The notes below the pieces were generated by a model. The model ran no database searches, was not told the DNA's origin, and saw nothing but the letters and a program-made list of their open reading frames with translations. From contig CP070751.1 of assembly GCA_020348445.1 (NCBI GenBank), positions 254,006-318,005 on the forward strand: a DNA stretch of 64,000 nt. Reading direction: 5' to 3'. How positions within the stretch are numbered: the first letter of the stretch is position 1; every line of letters begins with the position of its first letter. Positions 19,757-29,790 of this stretch are shown piece by piece. The position numbers and the translations under genes were made by a program. This DNA is from Thermoplasmata archaeon. Lineage in GTDB: Archaea > Thermoplasmatota > Thermoplasmata > GCA-020350865.

Positions 19757-21109
19757 ATGGTTGCCTTAGAAGACCTTCTTGGAAAAATCTCCAGCGGTTC
19801 AGCAAAGGTGGGTATTATTGGCTTAGGATATGTTGGCTTACCCCTGGCCATGACAATGTCAAGGAGATTCAAAGTTGTGGGTTACGATAAATCCAGTGAA
19901 ATAATCAAGTCACTGAGTGAAGGAAAATCACCTGTAACAGATGTAAAGGACTCGCTTTTGGCTGAACGTCTGGGGGAATTCTTTTCCCCGTCAGGAAATG
20001 AACAGGATTTGGAGGATTGCGATTTTTTAATAATCTGTGTTCCGACACCTCTTGATACTGAGAAAAAACCGGATTTATCTTATATCAAATCCGCTTGCAA
20101 TGATATTAAAGAATTCTTAAAAAAAGGACAGTTTATAATACTAGAGAGCACAACATATCCTGGGACAACAGAGGAAGTAATGGTTCCCTTGCTTGAAAAA
20201 AGCGGCCTTAAAGCAGGTACTGATTTTGGAGTTGCCTACTCACCTGAGCGCGTTGATCCTGGTAATAAGAAATATTCGATAGAAAAGATACCAAAAGTTG
20301 TTGGCGGAGTCAATGAGACCTGCACTGAAATAGTAGCAAAGTTGTATGAAAGCGTTTTAGAAGTCGAGGTAATAAAGGCCAGAAATTGCAGAACAGCCGA
20401 AGCCTCGAAGATAGTTGAAAACATCTTTAGGGATGTGAACATAGCATTGGCCAATGAGCTGGCCCTTGTTTTCGAGAAGATGGACATAGATGCCTGGGAG
20501 GTTATAAAAATCGCCTCTACAAAGCCCTTTGGATTTATGCCGTTTTACCCAGGACCAGGTGTTGGTGGGCACTGCATACCAGTTGACCCATACTATCTCT
20601 CCTATCAGGCCAGAAAATATGATATCATACCACGCTTTATTGAGCTAAGCGGTGAAATAAACGATTTTATGCCTGTGCATGTAACCAATCTTTTAAGAAA
20701 TGGTTTGAAGCAGGTTAATAAGGAAATGGCAAAGGCAACAATAGCTATTCTTGGAATCACATATAAAAAAGATGTGAATGATACAAGGGAATCACCTGCC
20801 CGAATTGTTATCGAGCAGATTGTAAGCTCAGGTGGGAATGTAAAAATATTCGATCCTTTTGCCAAAGAAATCGAAACAAAACATGGAATAATCGGATCCG
20901 AAAGCAGTGCTGAGGATGCTGTAAAAGATGCTGATGCATTGGTGATCTTGGTGGATCATAGTATTTTTTCCAAGGAAATGTTATCCAATCTCATAAAAAC
21001 GATAAAAAGGCCAATAATTGTGGATTGCAAGAATATTTTAAAAGATGGCCTTGAGGGAATCTGTGAAGATGGTCTATATTTTGGAATTGGCAAGCCCAAA
21101 TTACAATAA
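19757..21109 (+). CDS. UDP-N-acetylhexosamine 6-dehydrogenase (WbpA/WecC family), copy 1
   Basis: GLGYVGLP, ICVPTP, LESTTYPG, SPERVDPG, GVGGHCIPVDP catalytic Cys, YKKDVNDTRESP. Start ATG 19757. Confidence 0.9.
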   Translation: MVALEDLLGKISSGSAKVGIIGLGYVGLPLAMTMSRRFKVVGYDKSSEIIKSLSEGKSPVTDVKDSLLAERLGEFFSPSGNEQDLEDCDFLIICVPTPLDTEKKPDLSYIKSACNDIKEFLKKGQFIILESTTYPGTTEEVMVPLLEKSGLKAGTDFGVAYSPERVDPGNKKYSIEKIPKVVGGVNETCTEIVAKLYESVLEVEVIKARNCRTAEASKIVENIFRDVNIALANELALVFEKMDIDAWEVIKIASTKPFGFMPFYPGPGVGGHCIPVDPYYLSYQARKYDIIPRFIELSGEINDFMPVHVTNLLRNGLKQVNKEMAKATIAILGITYKKDVNDTRESPARIVIEQIVSSGGNVKIFDPFAKEIETKHGIIGSESSAEDAVKDADALVILVDHSIFSKEMLSNLIKTIKRPIIVDCKNILKDGLEGICEDGLYFGIGKPKLQ

Positions 21110-21245
21110 AAATAGATTGAATCAAAATGGTTAATTATTTGAATGTAAATCCAAAAATATGAAAATACAGGGGTGGGGCAAAAAAGAGCTTATGTAGTAA
21201 ATTGATCGATCTAGCAAACAAGAAAAAAGTTATGCCACATTTATC

Positions 21246-22601
21246 CTAGACATATCCCTTTGGCGAATCGATAATAATAAACTTCCGAATCATGTCATAA
21301 AATGTTTTGTTCTTTTGTAGCATATCTCTTGATATCCCCACTTTTCGCCCCTTCAAGGTCTTTGATATCTCATATGGGACAGAATATTTTTCAGGTAGAA
21401 ATTTCTTGGTTAAGGGATATTCTGTAAGAAAAACATCATTTGGGGGATTTCTTTTTAGCATGATTTTATCTTTATTTCGTGTGAAATCATAAATTGGATT
21501 GATTATTGGATTCTGCATCTTCTTAATATATTGATCTAAATTCTCATATTTACCAATCAACTCATCATCCAATGTGCCAGCTATCGAAATAGCATCTGCA
21601 TTGTTAATAATCTCGTCGTTGTATTTTTTTGTTAAATCAAGCTCGCTTTTTTGCATGAAATCTTCGATCAAGTGACTCTCTGGGACGATGCAAGTATTTA
21701 AATCTTTAAAAAGCGCACTCCAGGCAGAGGGTGATAACGGGTATCCCCTGCTGATATTTTCTTTAAGAGCGTTGTGAAGATGTAGCAATAACAGAGCGCC
21801 GTTTTGTTTCAGGATACGTTCGCATTCCCTTGCAAGCTGGGCCCGATTTGATACATAGTGAAACGAATCCATCATGATAATCGATGAAAAAGTATCTTTG
21901 GAAAAAGGCAGGGGGTTATTGGCATCCATACATATGAAATTCGCATCTTTCACCATTATTTTTTTAGCAAGAAATAACATGGTGTAGTTCTCATCTGCAC
22001 ATACAAGATTTTGAGGTTTGATGTGCTTTGAAAGAATAAAAGAGGCGTGACCTGCACCGCAGCCAAGATCTAAGACTCTATCGTCTTTTCTCTCTATCAT
22101 GTGGATAAATGGATAAAGAGACCAAAGGGTTTGAGATGAAAATCGATGTTTTAAATAATCACCCCATGTGTTAGGCTCCATCATGTCTATAATGTCAAAA
22201 AAAGACAGTTTATTGGTTAATTTATCGTATAATCTTCTTTTCCTCCGCCGAACTAGTGTTAAAATAGGGGAAATTGATCTTCGTAAAGGTCCTAAAGATG
22301 AAAGAAATATATGTAAATTCAATAGGGAATTTTCTATACTTTCACGTTTGAGTGGAAGGGCTTTCGCATCCTTTGGATATCCAGCCTTCATTCTCTCAAT
22401 AAGATAGGCTGTACTTGACATCCCATCGTGAGAAGAAGGTTTCTTATAAATGAGAATGCCATCTAAAATCGGATATTCGGTACAATCGCAACCCACAACA
22501 GCATCTATATATTCATTATCTATTTTGTTATATACCTTCCTCAACTCGATGGCTGAGTTGCAATCAGGGCAATGTAAAAGGTTCAATGTATCCTCTTTCA
22601 T
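21246..22601 (-). CDS. Trm112-like Zn-knuckle fused to class I SAM methyltransferase
   Basis: N-terminal LLHCPDC...CDCTEYPILDGI, central VLDLGCGAG, LPFSKDTFS, RILKQNG. Confidence 0.78.
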   Translation of the reverse strand: MKEDTLNLLHCPDCNSAIELRKVYNKIDNEYIDAVVGCDCTEYPILDGILIYKKPSSHDGMSSTAYLIERMKAGYPKDAKALPLKRESIENSLLNLHIFLSSLGPLRRSISPILTLVRRRKRRLYDKLTNKLSFFDIIDMMEPNTWGDYLKHRFSSQTLWSLYPFIHMIERKDDRVLDLGCGAGHASFILSKHIKPQNLVCADENYTMLFLAKKIMVKDANFICMDANNPLPFSKDTFSSIIMMDSFHYVSNRAQLARECERILKQNGALLLLHLHNALKENISRGYPLSPSAWSALFKDLNTCIVPESHLIEDFMQKSELDLTKKYNDEIINNADAISIAGTLDDELIGKYENLDQYIKKMQNPIINPIYDFTRNKDKIMLKRNPPNDVFLTEYPLTKKFLPEKYSVPYEISKTLKGRKVGISRDMLQKNKTFYDMIRKFIIIDSPKGYV

Positions 22602-22699
22602 AACAGCTTTCTCCTAACCTTTCCTTCCCTATATATATTGTGATGCCTGATTCTCAAAAAATGAATTAGGGATTTCTAATAAAGAGATCGATTTACTCA

Positions 22700-23488
22700 T
22701 CACATCAATCTCCAGAAGCTTTCGGTATCATTGAAGTAAACACTTAAGGGAACAAGAAGATGCTCCTTGGTTTTATACCTCCTTATGCATTTTTTCTTTA
22801 CATCCTTAGTTTCCTTATCTAAAGTTATTTCCCTCAGTTTTCTTGTAGCCTTAAGAAAACGCTTTTGTTTTGCTTTTAGTTCAATACTTTTTCTTACATA
22901 CGAGACATAATAACCGTAAACAGCAAAAGGTTTTTTCATATCCTTGACAATGTCTCTAATAATCATGCCAGAGGAGCGATGATCACCATCACCATCCTTT
23001 GGATGGGTTATGTAAACCCTCTTTGGATTATATTGCGATAGGATTTTATCAATATCGCCGATAAAACTAGCCCTGCAGTAAGGAACATTTTTACTGTAAG
23101 AATTCTCGTATGCTGTAAAGTTCAATCCCGTGAAACTCGATTTAAAGGGATTGATATCTGAGTACTCATCGGAGAGAAGGATATCCGATAAAAAGTTCTC
23201 CGGGTATCCCAAAAACAATATATCATTCCCGTTTAAGCCCAATAAGTCCATAGCATCCATGGTTTTCTTCTGTCTTTTGTAGCCAAGTTCTATCATATCC
23301 TCATTTCTGGGTTCCCGATGATGTAATTTCTGCCAAGACTCCCAATCAGAATCTCCATTTGTTATAAGTACCAATTTAACGTTTCGGCCTTTTTTTATTT
23401 GGGCATATATCAAACCGGCACATCCAAGGGCTTCGTCTCCTGGATGAGGTGCAAATACAATGATATCACATTTTCTTTCCGAAGGCAT
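22700..23488 (-). CDS. PIG-L/LmbE-family deacetylase-like protein with altered active site
   Basis: VFAPHPGDEALG (canonical HPDDE), LITNGD, FLGYPE, HPKDGDGDH (canonical HxDH). Confidence 0.75.
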   Translation of the reverse strand: MPSERKCDIIVFAPHPGDEALGCAGLIYAQIKKGRNVKLVLITNGDSDWESWQKLHHREPRNEDMIELGYKRQKKTMDAMDLLGLNGNDILFLGYPENFLSDILLSDEYSDINPFKSSFTGLNFTAYENSYSKNVPYCRASFIGDIDKILSQYNPKRVYITHPKDGDGDHRSSGMIIRDIVKDMKKPFAVYGYYVSYVRKSIELKAKQKRFLKATRKLREITLDKETKDVKKKCIRRYKTKEHLLVPLSVYFNDTESFWRLM

Positions 23489-23677
23489 ATTGGGTACAAA
23501 ACCCCCTTTTTAATGGTGCATTTTAAAGAAGGCTGTACGATTAACGGCATATTTAATTATATGGGAAGCCACACCAACGACATATTGATATTCGCATCCA
23601 ACATAATAATCCATAAATAGGAAAAAGCAATGTTGCCTTGATAGATGGATGCGATTTAGAAAGCAGGAGAAGAGTTC

Positions 23678-24805
23678 ATGAAAATTGCCTTGGTGACTCC
23701 GTACTATTTCCCCGTTCTTGGAGGTTACACATTAATCACTTACGGTTTATCAAAGGCATATCATGAAAAAGGGCACGAAGTTATTATTCTTACCCCCAAA
23801 TGCGATCCGTTGCACAAGAATGAAAACATAATCACATTCGATATGAGTTCATTATCGCGAAAGGATAAGTCCCAAATCCAAAAAGGCCTAAATTTCTGGG
23901 AAAGATTGTTCGGATTCAAAGAAATGACCAGCATTCAAAGGGATATGGTATTGGAGATTGAGAGGATCAAACCAGATATAGTTCATACTTTTGGAGCAAT
24001 ACAGTTTGCCTTCATTGGTACTATGAGCTCGGCAAGGAATTATCATTGGGTTCACACATTTATTACCCAGCCACCTAAAAAATTATCCTCCGTAAAGAGA
24101 ATTGTGGCCAAAAAGATTTTTTCCAGGGCCAATTTGATTACCGTAACCGCAGCAAATCAGGTAAAGGATATTAAAGAAAAAATCGGTTTGGATGTTAACA
24201 AGGCGATAAAGGTTGGTGTTGACACAACATTTTTTACACCACCTGCTCAGCTTCAAGAATCCCCCATCATTGGGACAGTATCTAACTTCGTCTGGAAGGA
24301 AAAAGTGGAGGGTTTGTTGCTGTTGATCAGGTCATTTAAAGGAGTACTTAACGCACATCCTGATACTGAACTTGAAATCGTGGGTGAAGGAGAATTTCGA
24401 AATCTTGTTGAAAAAACCATTAAAGCTCATGGATTGGAAAAGAAGGTGAAACTCCTCGGAAGAATGGAAAGAAAAGAGCTGAGTAAATTCTATCGGAGTA
24501 TTTCAGTCTATACTCATATCAGCTATCAAGATACATTGCCGCTTACGGTGCTAGAAGCGATGACATCAGGTATTCCGATCGTGGCATCAGACATAGGTGA
24601 TATGCCTAATGTTGTAACGAAAGATATTGGGATTGTTACCAACTTTAAGGAGGAGACCATCTCAAAAGCAATTTCCAAATTATTGAGTTCATATGATTTG
24701 AGATTAAAGCTAGGGAAAAATGCAAGACTCAAAGCAGAAAAGGAATTCTCCTGGCCTCATGTGGCAGATAAATATCTGACTGCATATGAGGATATACTCC
24801 GATAA
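23678..24805 (+). CDS. GT4 family glycosyltransferase
   Basis: MKIALVTPYYFP..GG, GVDTTFF, TVLEAMTSGIPIVASDIG. Confidence 0.9.
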   Translation: MKIALVTPYYFPVLGGYTLITYGLSKAYHEKGHEVIILTPKCDPLHKNENIITFDMSSLSRKDKSQIQKGLNFWERLFGFKEMTSIQRDMVLEIERIKPDIVHTFGAIQFAFIGTMSSARNYHWVHTFITQPPKKLSSVKRIVAKKIFSRANLITVTAANQVKDIKEKIGLDVNKAIKVGVDTTFFTPPAQLQESPIIGTVSNFVWKEKVEGLLLLIRSFKGVLNAHPDTELEIVGEGEFRNLVEKTIKAHGLEKKVKLLGRMERKELSKFYRSISVYTHISYQDTLPLTVLEAMTSGIPIVASDIGDMPNVVTKDIGIVTNFKEETISKAISKLLSSYDLRLKLGKNARLKAEKEFSWPHVADKYLTAYEDILR

Positions 24806-24830
24806 AAAAGAGAAAATTGAGGTTAAGATA

Positions 24831-26120
24831 ATGAAAAATATCGCTGTAATGGGAGCCGGTGTTACCGGTCTTTACTCATCCTTAGAACTTCTAAAAAGGG
24901 GCTACAAGGTAGTATTAATCGAGGCCAAATCCAAAGTGGGTGGAATGGCAAGAAGTGTGATAGATGAGGATTTTACCTTCGATGTTGGCTCCCATGTGAT
25001 TCATACAAATGATCCAAAATATAAAAGATTTATTTCTGATTTATTGGGTGATGATCTTCTTGAAAAAAATATAACAGCCAAAACCTATTTCGACGGGAAG
25101 TTTCACAATTTCCCGCCTATTATGAGGGATATTTTCCATTTCCGGAAAAAGAAAGCTCTTAGAATCTTTTTTGCCCTATTAAAGGGGCGGGTAAATCAAT
25201 TTAGAAGAAAGAAACCGTCCTTTGAGGAGCAGTTGATGTTCCTGGCTGGAAGGGATCTATATGAAACATATTTTGAGGGTTACACCGCCAAGTTCTGGGG
25301 AATATCGCCGAAAAACCTCTCTTCAGAATGGGTGCCAAAACGGGTGATACCACGATTCACAGGAAGGTCAGCTTTAGCAAATGAATGGCAGGCCTATCCA
25401 AAACATGGCGGTATCGAGGCTATCCCGCAAAAAATGGCAAAAAATATTGAGGAGAAAGGAGGGATAATACATCTGAACGCAAAATTGAAATCTGTACAAG
25501 AAAAAGATAACAAGGTCACTATTATTGCCATCGAGACCAATGGCGGAGAACAAAAAATAGCTTGCGATGGCGTGATATTCACAATTCCTTTACCTCTCAT
25601 TTTTGAAATATTTGGTAAGAAGTTCGATTTAAAATATCGCTCGATGATATTCGTGTTTCTCAAACTCAAAGGAACGGAAATATTACCTGATACAACCATA
25701 TGTTTTTTCCCATCGAGTAAATTGCCCTTTACGAGATTGTATGAAATGGCAAAATACAGCCCCCTAACATGTCCTGAGGGTTACACCTCGTTGGGTGTTG
25801 AAATACCGTGTTTCTATCAGGATAAATCGTGGAATAAGAAAGACGATGATACTGCCGAAGAGGTGGTAAATTATTTAGAAAATGAGAAGATAATTAAAAG
25901 AGAGAATTTGAAGGGATATATTGTACAAAAAGAACGATATTCCTATCCAATACCAACCATTGAATATTATCAGAAAATTGAAAAATTGCGGGCCTCACTA
26001 AAAATTTCTAATCTACATCTTGCTGGAAGAATGGGCTACTTCAAATATCTAGATATGTGCGATGCAATGGAGAGTGGTGAGAGAGCGGTGAACTCTCTTA
26101 TATCTTCACATGAGAAATAG
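24831..26120 (+). CDS. FAD-dependent oxidoreductase, UDP-galactopyranose-mutase-like/HemY-like family
   Basis: GAGVTG dinucleotide fold, GGMARS, FDVGSHVIHT, YTAKFWG, YPKHGG, GRMGYFKYLDM. Start ATG 24831. Confidence 0.75.
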   Translation: MKNIAVMGAGVTGLYSSLELLKRGYKVVLIEAKSKVGGMARSVIDEDFTFDVGSHVIHTNDPKYKRFISDLLGDDLLEKNITAKTYFDGKFHNFPPIMRDIFHFRKKKALRIFFALLKGRVNQFRRKKPSFEEQLMFLAGRDLYETYFEGYTAKFWGISPKNLSSEWVPKRVIPRFTGRSALANEWQAYPKHGGIEAIPQKMAKNIEEKGGIIHLNAKLKSVQEKDNKVTIIAIETNGGEQKIACDGVIFTIPLPLIFEIFGKKFDLKYRSMIFVFLKLKGTEILPDTTICFFPSSKLPFTRLYEMAKYSPLTCPEGYTSLGVEIPCFYQDKSWNKKDDDTAEEVVNYLENEKIIKRENLKGYIVQKERYSYPIPTIEYYQKIEKLRASLKISNLHLAGRMGYFKYLDMCDAMESGERAVNSLISSHEK

Positions 26121-26138
26121 AACATATAAATTATAGTA

Positions 26139-27254
26139 TCATTTCTTTTGAATACAGCTTTTATATACATTTAAATATGACTCGACCATCTGGTCAAAGT
26201 TAAAATTACTTTCAACGGTGTTCCGAGCATTCTTTCCTAGGATTTTACTTGCTTCTTGGTTGTTGATACACCATACTAATTTTTCGAGGATATCCTCTAC
26301 ATTCCTTGGTTTTATAAGAAAACCATTTTGTCCATTTTCAATAACAGCGCTTATGTCCCCAACATCGCTTGCTATCACTACCATCTCACTTGCCATTGCC
26401 TCAAGCAACGCGTAGGGCAATCCCTCGGTATACGTGGGTAGAATAAAAACATCGCCCATATTATAGAACCCAGAAATATCATTTTGTTGTTGAACATTAA
26501 TTATATTTTGCTTTAGATCTAATCTTTCCACTGCCTCTAAATAACTATCTATATCTTGGTCTTTAACTAAGCCTACATTTACAAGCCGAAAATTGATAGA
26601 TTCGGACTTTTTCAGTTTGCTAAGGGCCTCAAGTAGCTCATATATGCCTTTTGTGAACGTAAGACGACCAACAAATAGAATTATAAATGAATTTTCAACA
26701 TTGTACTTCAGCCGCATTCTTTTTCTTTGTTCCTTGTCCAAGTAGTATTTAGCTATATTCACACCATTTTGTATCACTAATCCCCTTTTTTTATAGTATT
26801 TGTATGTGTCTTCGCTCACGTAAACTATTTGATCTGAAAAAGTCAGTATTACCCATTCCCCAATAATTGTGACCTGTTTCAAGGGGAATGATTTACCATA
26901 AGGAATCTTACCATGAATAGTTGTAAGGATTGGGATTCTTAGAATCTTGCCAATGATCACAATAGGTGCAAGAAGGTGATTAGATGTCTGTAAATGTAAA
27001 ACATCAATTTGCCGTGAATTTTTGAAAATAAAAAGAATCATTTTTAGTGTAAATATTAAGCTCCTCACATATCTTAGGTCGGATATTGGTATCTCAATAA
27101 TCTGCTCAGTTGAATTGTTATTTTTATCATAATCCTTGGTCAATATTACATAATCAATACCCCTTTTTTTTAAACGCTGACACAATTCTCTAATAAAAGT
27201 TCCTACACCACCAACAACTTTAGGAGAATACGGAGTAACGAAGCAAATCCTCAT
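26139..27254 (-). CDS. GT4 family glycosyltransferase
   Basis: MRICFVTPY..GGVG, NGVN, FVGRLTFTKG, EGLPYALLEAMAS. Start ATG 27254. Confidence 0.9.
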   Translation of the reverse strand: MRICFVTPYSPKVVGGVGTFIRELCQRLKKRGIDYVILTKDYDKNNNSTEQIIEIPISDLRYVRSLIFTLKMILFIFKNSRQIDVLHLQTSNHLLAPIVIIGKILRIPILTTIHGKIPYGKSFPLKQVTIIGEWVILTFSDQIVYVSEDTYKYYKKRGLVIQNGVNIAKYYLDKEQRKRMRLKYNVENSFIILFVGRLTFTKGIYELLEALSKLKKSESINFRLVNVGLVKDQDIDSYLEAVERLDLKQNIINVQQQNDISGFYNMGDVFILPTYTEGLPYALLEAMASEMVVIASDVGDISAVIENGQNGFLIKPRNVEDILEKLVWCINNQEASKILGKNARNTVESNFNFDQMVESYLNVYKSCIQKK

Positions 27255-27292
27255 TAGATTCAAACTCCTTCGTCTTTTTCTAAATTCATAAG

Positions 27293-28957
27293 CTATGGAT
27301 GATCGAAATACCATACCTCATATGCACCGTTATCGTATATTTTATATCTCGCCTCGATGGAAGATGTTAAAAACCGCGAATAATAAGACCGTGCAAAGGC
27401 CCAATATCCAGTTAACCAATTCTTATCGACTACTGAGTACTGCAATCTATATTTAATTATTAATTGGTCAGAAACATCATCACACTGGGTTTGATGAATA
27501 GTGGTCCAATCCTGTTCGACGTTACCTGCACCCTTTGCTTTATATAAAGCATCTGAACCAACAGTAATTTTATCGATGGCAATCGGGATTATTTGATAGT
27601 CCTCCTCATGAAGATAATCGTAAATGAGCTGTTCCGGTCCGTTATCAACTAAAGTGGCCCCACCTATCGGTAAGCATGATTTCCCTGATATAGCACTTAT
27701 CCTCGCAGCTTTAAGCCCGTTGTTTGCGATATAGGTATTGTTAGTGTTATACTTCACATATATTGCACAATCATAAGTTGGTTCAGTCATGGTGTAATCG
27801 GTCACCCTCCAGTGACTCCACATGTAGCTGTGAAATCCAACAGAAGCTATAAGGGCAGCAGCCATTATTGCCAAGGCAAGGCCAGTAACCTTTTTTCTTT
27901 TTAGAAATTTAAAAATTTGGAGGAAAGAATAACCCGCTAAAAGAGAAAAGAATATGAGAAAGAAATAGGATGAATATGTTCTCATGCCTATTGTTGGAAA
28001 GATAAAAATCAAAGATACAACTATAAAAACTTCGTAAAGTCCCTTGTTCTTTTTCCAAATCAGGTATGCAAATCCGATCATTGCGAACAATATCATAAAG
28101 CCTATCCTACCGATCAAGCTCACGAAAAGATTGAGTAAAAGGATGGGGATCGACCTCCCTGTAAAAAACACGGTCTCTTGATAGACCACGAGGCCTTGAG
28201 CTCCTTGAAGGGGATTGTTGCCTGAAATTAGCATACCCAAAAGAGCAACGAATATCCCCGTTATTATCAAAGGTCCCGCAATCCTGAAACTCCGATTTAA
28301 TTTCTTGGACTTTATTGTCATTGGAAGAATCTGTTTGTATAAAGCAAACATAATCACGCCGGTGAGATACGCTATTAAGATAAATATCATGAACACGCCA
28401 AGCCTATGACTGGTTCCCACTGTGAAAAGGGTGATTACGAACAGAATGTTGAGCCTGTTTATCGCAAATCCCCTGGTTTTGAGAAGAAGCAACATACAGG
28501 ACGGGGCCAGTGCTACAAACAGATTTCTTGTGGAGGCCTGCCAGAATGTCGTTCTGACGAAAACAGGGGATAAAGTGAAGGTCAATGCAGCCACAAAACA
28601 GAACAAATCATCCTTCTTTATCTCCCTTGCAAGGAAGTAGGTTCCAAAAACCCCTATAAGACCAAGGGCAATTGAGATTAAGAAAATTGAACTCTCAACA
28701 TCCAAACCGGTGCTTACTGAGACATCTGCAGCTAGGAATGGATAGGCACTTGGATAAGAAAAGGGGTATAGTCCAATATACGATAAAGGATGAAGAATCC
28801 ACTTTGCATAATGGTGCCTTGTTATCGAGTCTCCAAGTATATGGATGACAAAAGAATCTGCACCGAGTTCATGCTGAACTGTGGGGTATCTGAGCGCTAC
28901 ATTTAACGTAATTAAAAAGGAAAGTAATAGGAAGTTCACCCTTTTTGAGAATTTCAT
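27293..28957 (-). CDS. Polytopic membrane protein, probable GT-C fold glycosyltransferase/polymerase
   Basis: 554 aa, ~11 TM segments, N-terminal loop ELGADSF with acidic residues, GLYPFSYPS motif, soluble C-terminal domain. Located inside the glycan locus. Confidence 0.5.
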   Translation of the reverse strand: MKFSKRVNFLLLSFLITLNVALRYPTVQHELGADSFVIHILGDSITRHHYAKWILHPLSYIGLYPFSYPSAYPFLAADVSVSTGLDVESSIFLISIALGLIGVFGTYFLAREIKKDDLFCFVAALTFTLSPVFVRTTFWQASTRNLFVALAPSCMLLLLKTRGFAINRLNILFVITLFTVGTSHRLGVFMIFILIAYLTGVIMFALYKQILPMTIKSKKLNRSFRIAGPLIITGIFVALLGMLISGNNPLQGAQGLVVYQETVFFTGRSIPILLLNLFVSLIGRIGFMILFAMIGFAYLIWKKNKGLYEVFIVVSLIFIFPTIGMRTYSSYFFLIFFSLLAGYSFLQIFKFLKRKKVTGLALAIMAAALIASVGFHSYMWSHWRVTDYTMTEPTYDCAIYVKYNTNNTYIANNGLKAARISAISGKSCLPIGGATLVDNGPEQLIYDYLHEEDYQIIPIAIDKITVGSDALYKAKGAGNVEQDWTTIHQTQCDDVSDQLIIKYRLQYSVVDKNWLTGYWAFARSYYSRFLTSSIEARYKIYDNGAYEVWYFDHP

Positions 28958-29037
28958 TGATATCCCCTATATGACAGGCTATTTAAATATTTTTTAGGTG
29001 CATTATGGCCTAAGATAACCTAATTTTAAAATCTATT

Positions 29038-29790
29038 TTATAGGTTCTCGAGCTTTTTTATCAAAATCTTTTCCAAATAATGATTCATAACAAAATATTG
29101 CTTTCCATCGTCTTTATCTTGTCTAATTGGTTTATGTTTAATCTCTTTAATTTTTAAAATCACCTTGGTAAAAGCTGAACTGGTATTTTCTTGGCATTTC
29201 AATCTAATGCTTTGCAGAGAGTCTCCTTTCTCAATTTGGAATTTTTGGAGGTGTAAGATATCGCCCATATCCACTCCAGGTGAAACGAAATGTATGGTAA
29301 TACCTGTTTCCTGCCCCATTAAGATGGCCCACTTGGTTACATCCATTCCCCTGATTTTTGGGAGAATGGCATAATGGCTGTTCAACGTTCCAATTTTTGG
29401 TATATCCAATATTCTCTTTCGGATTATTCCTGTCCCCCATAATAAAATCAAGTCAGGTTGCATTTTATTAAGGATTTTAATGCATTTTTTACTATTATGG
29501 TCTCTGACATAAAAGACGGGAATTTGCAATTCTTTTGCTACTTTACTGATTCTTCTGGAAAACATTTTACTTTCTATATCCATTTCATTTCCATTATTAC
29601 CCATGATTTTTTTCAGAGTTCCCTTAAAACCATAGGTCTTCATCCCCCACTTGAATGAGTCGAAAAGGCTAGTATTGCCATATATCAAAGCCACGGGTTT
29701 GACACCCATTGCCGTTAAATCACGTAATGTTCTTTCTTTCCATGCTAGTTTATCAAACCTAGGATATCTAGAAAAAATGACGATGTTCAT
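29038..29790 (-). CDS. N10-formyl-THF-dependent formyltransferase family protein (sugar N-formyltransferase-like)
   Basis: LNSHYAILPKIRG and TGITIHFVSPGVDMGDIL retain the catalytic Asn/His/Asp. Confidence 0.82.
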   Translation of the reverse strand: MNIVIFSRYPRFDKLAWKERTLRDLTAMGVKPVALIYGNTSLFDSFKWGMKTYGFKGTLKKIMGNNGNEMDIESKMFSRRISKVAKELQIPVFYVRDHNSKKCIKILNKMQPDLILLWGTGIIRKRILDIPKIGTLNSHYAILPKIRGMDVTKWAILMGQETGITIHFVSPGVDMGDILHLQKFQIEKGDSLQSIRLKCQENTSSAFTKVILKIKEIKHKPIRQDKDDGKQYFVMNHYLEKILIKKLENL

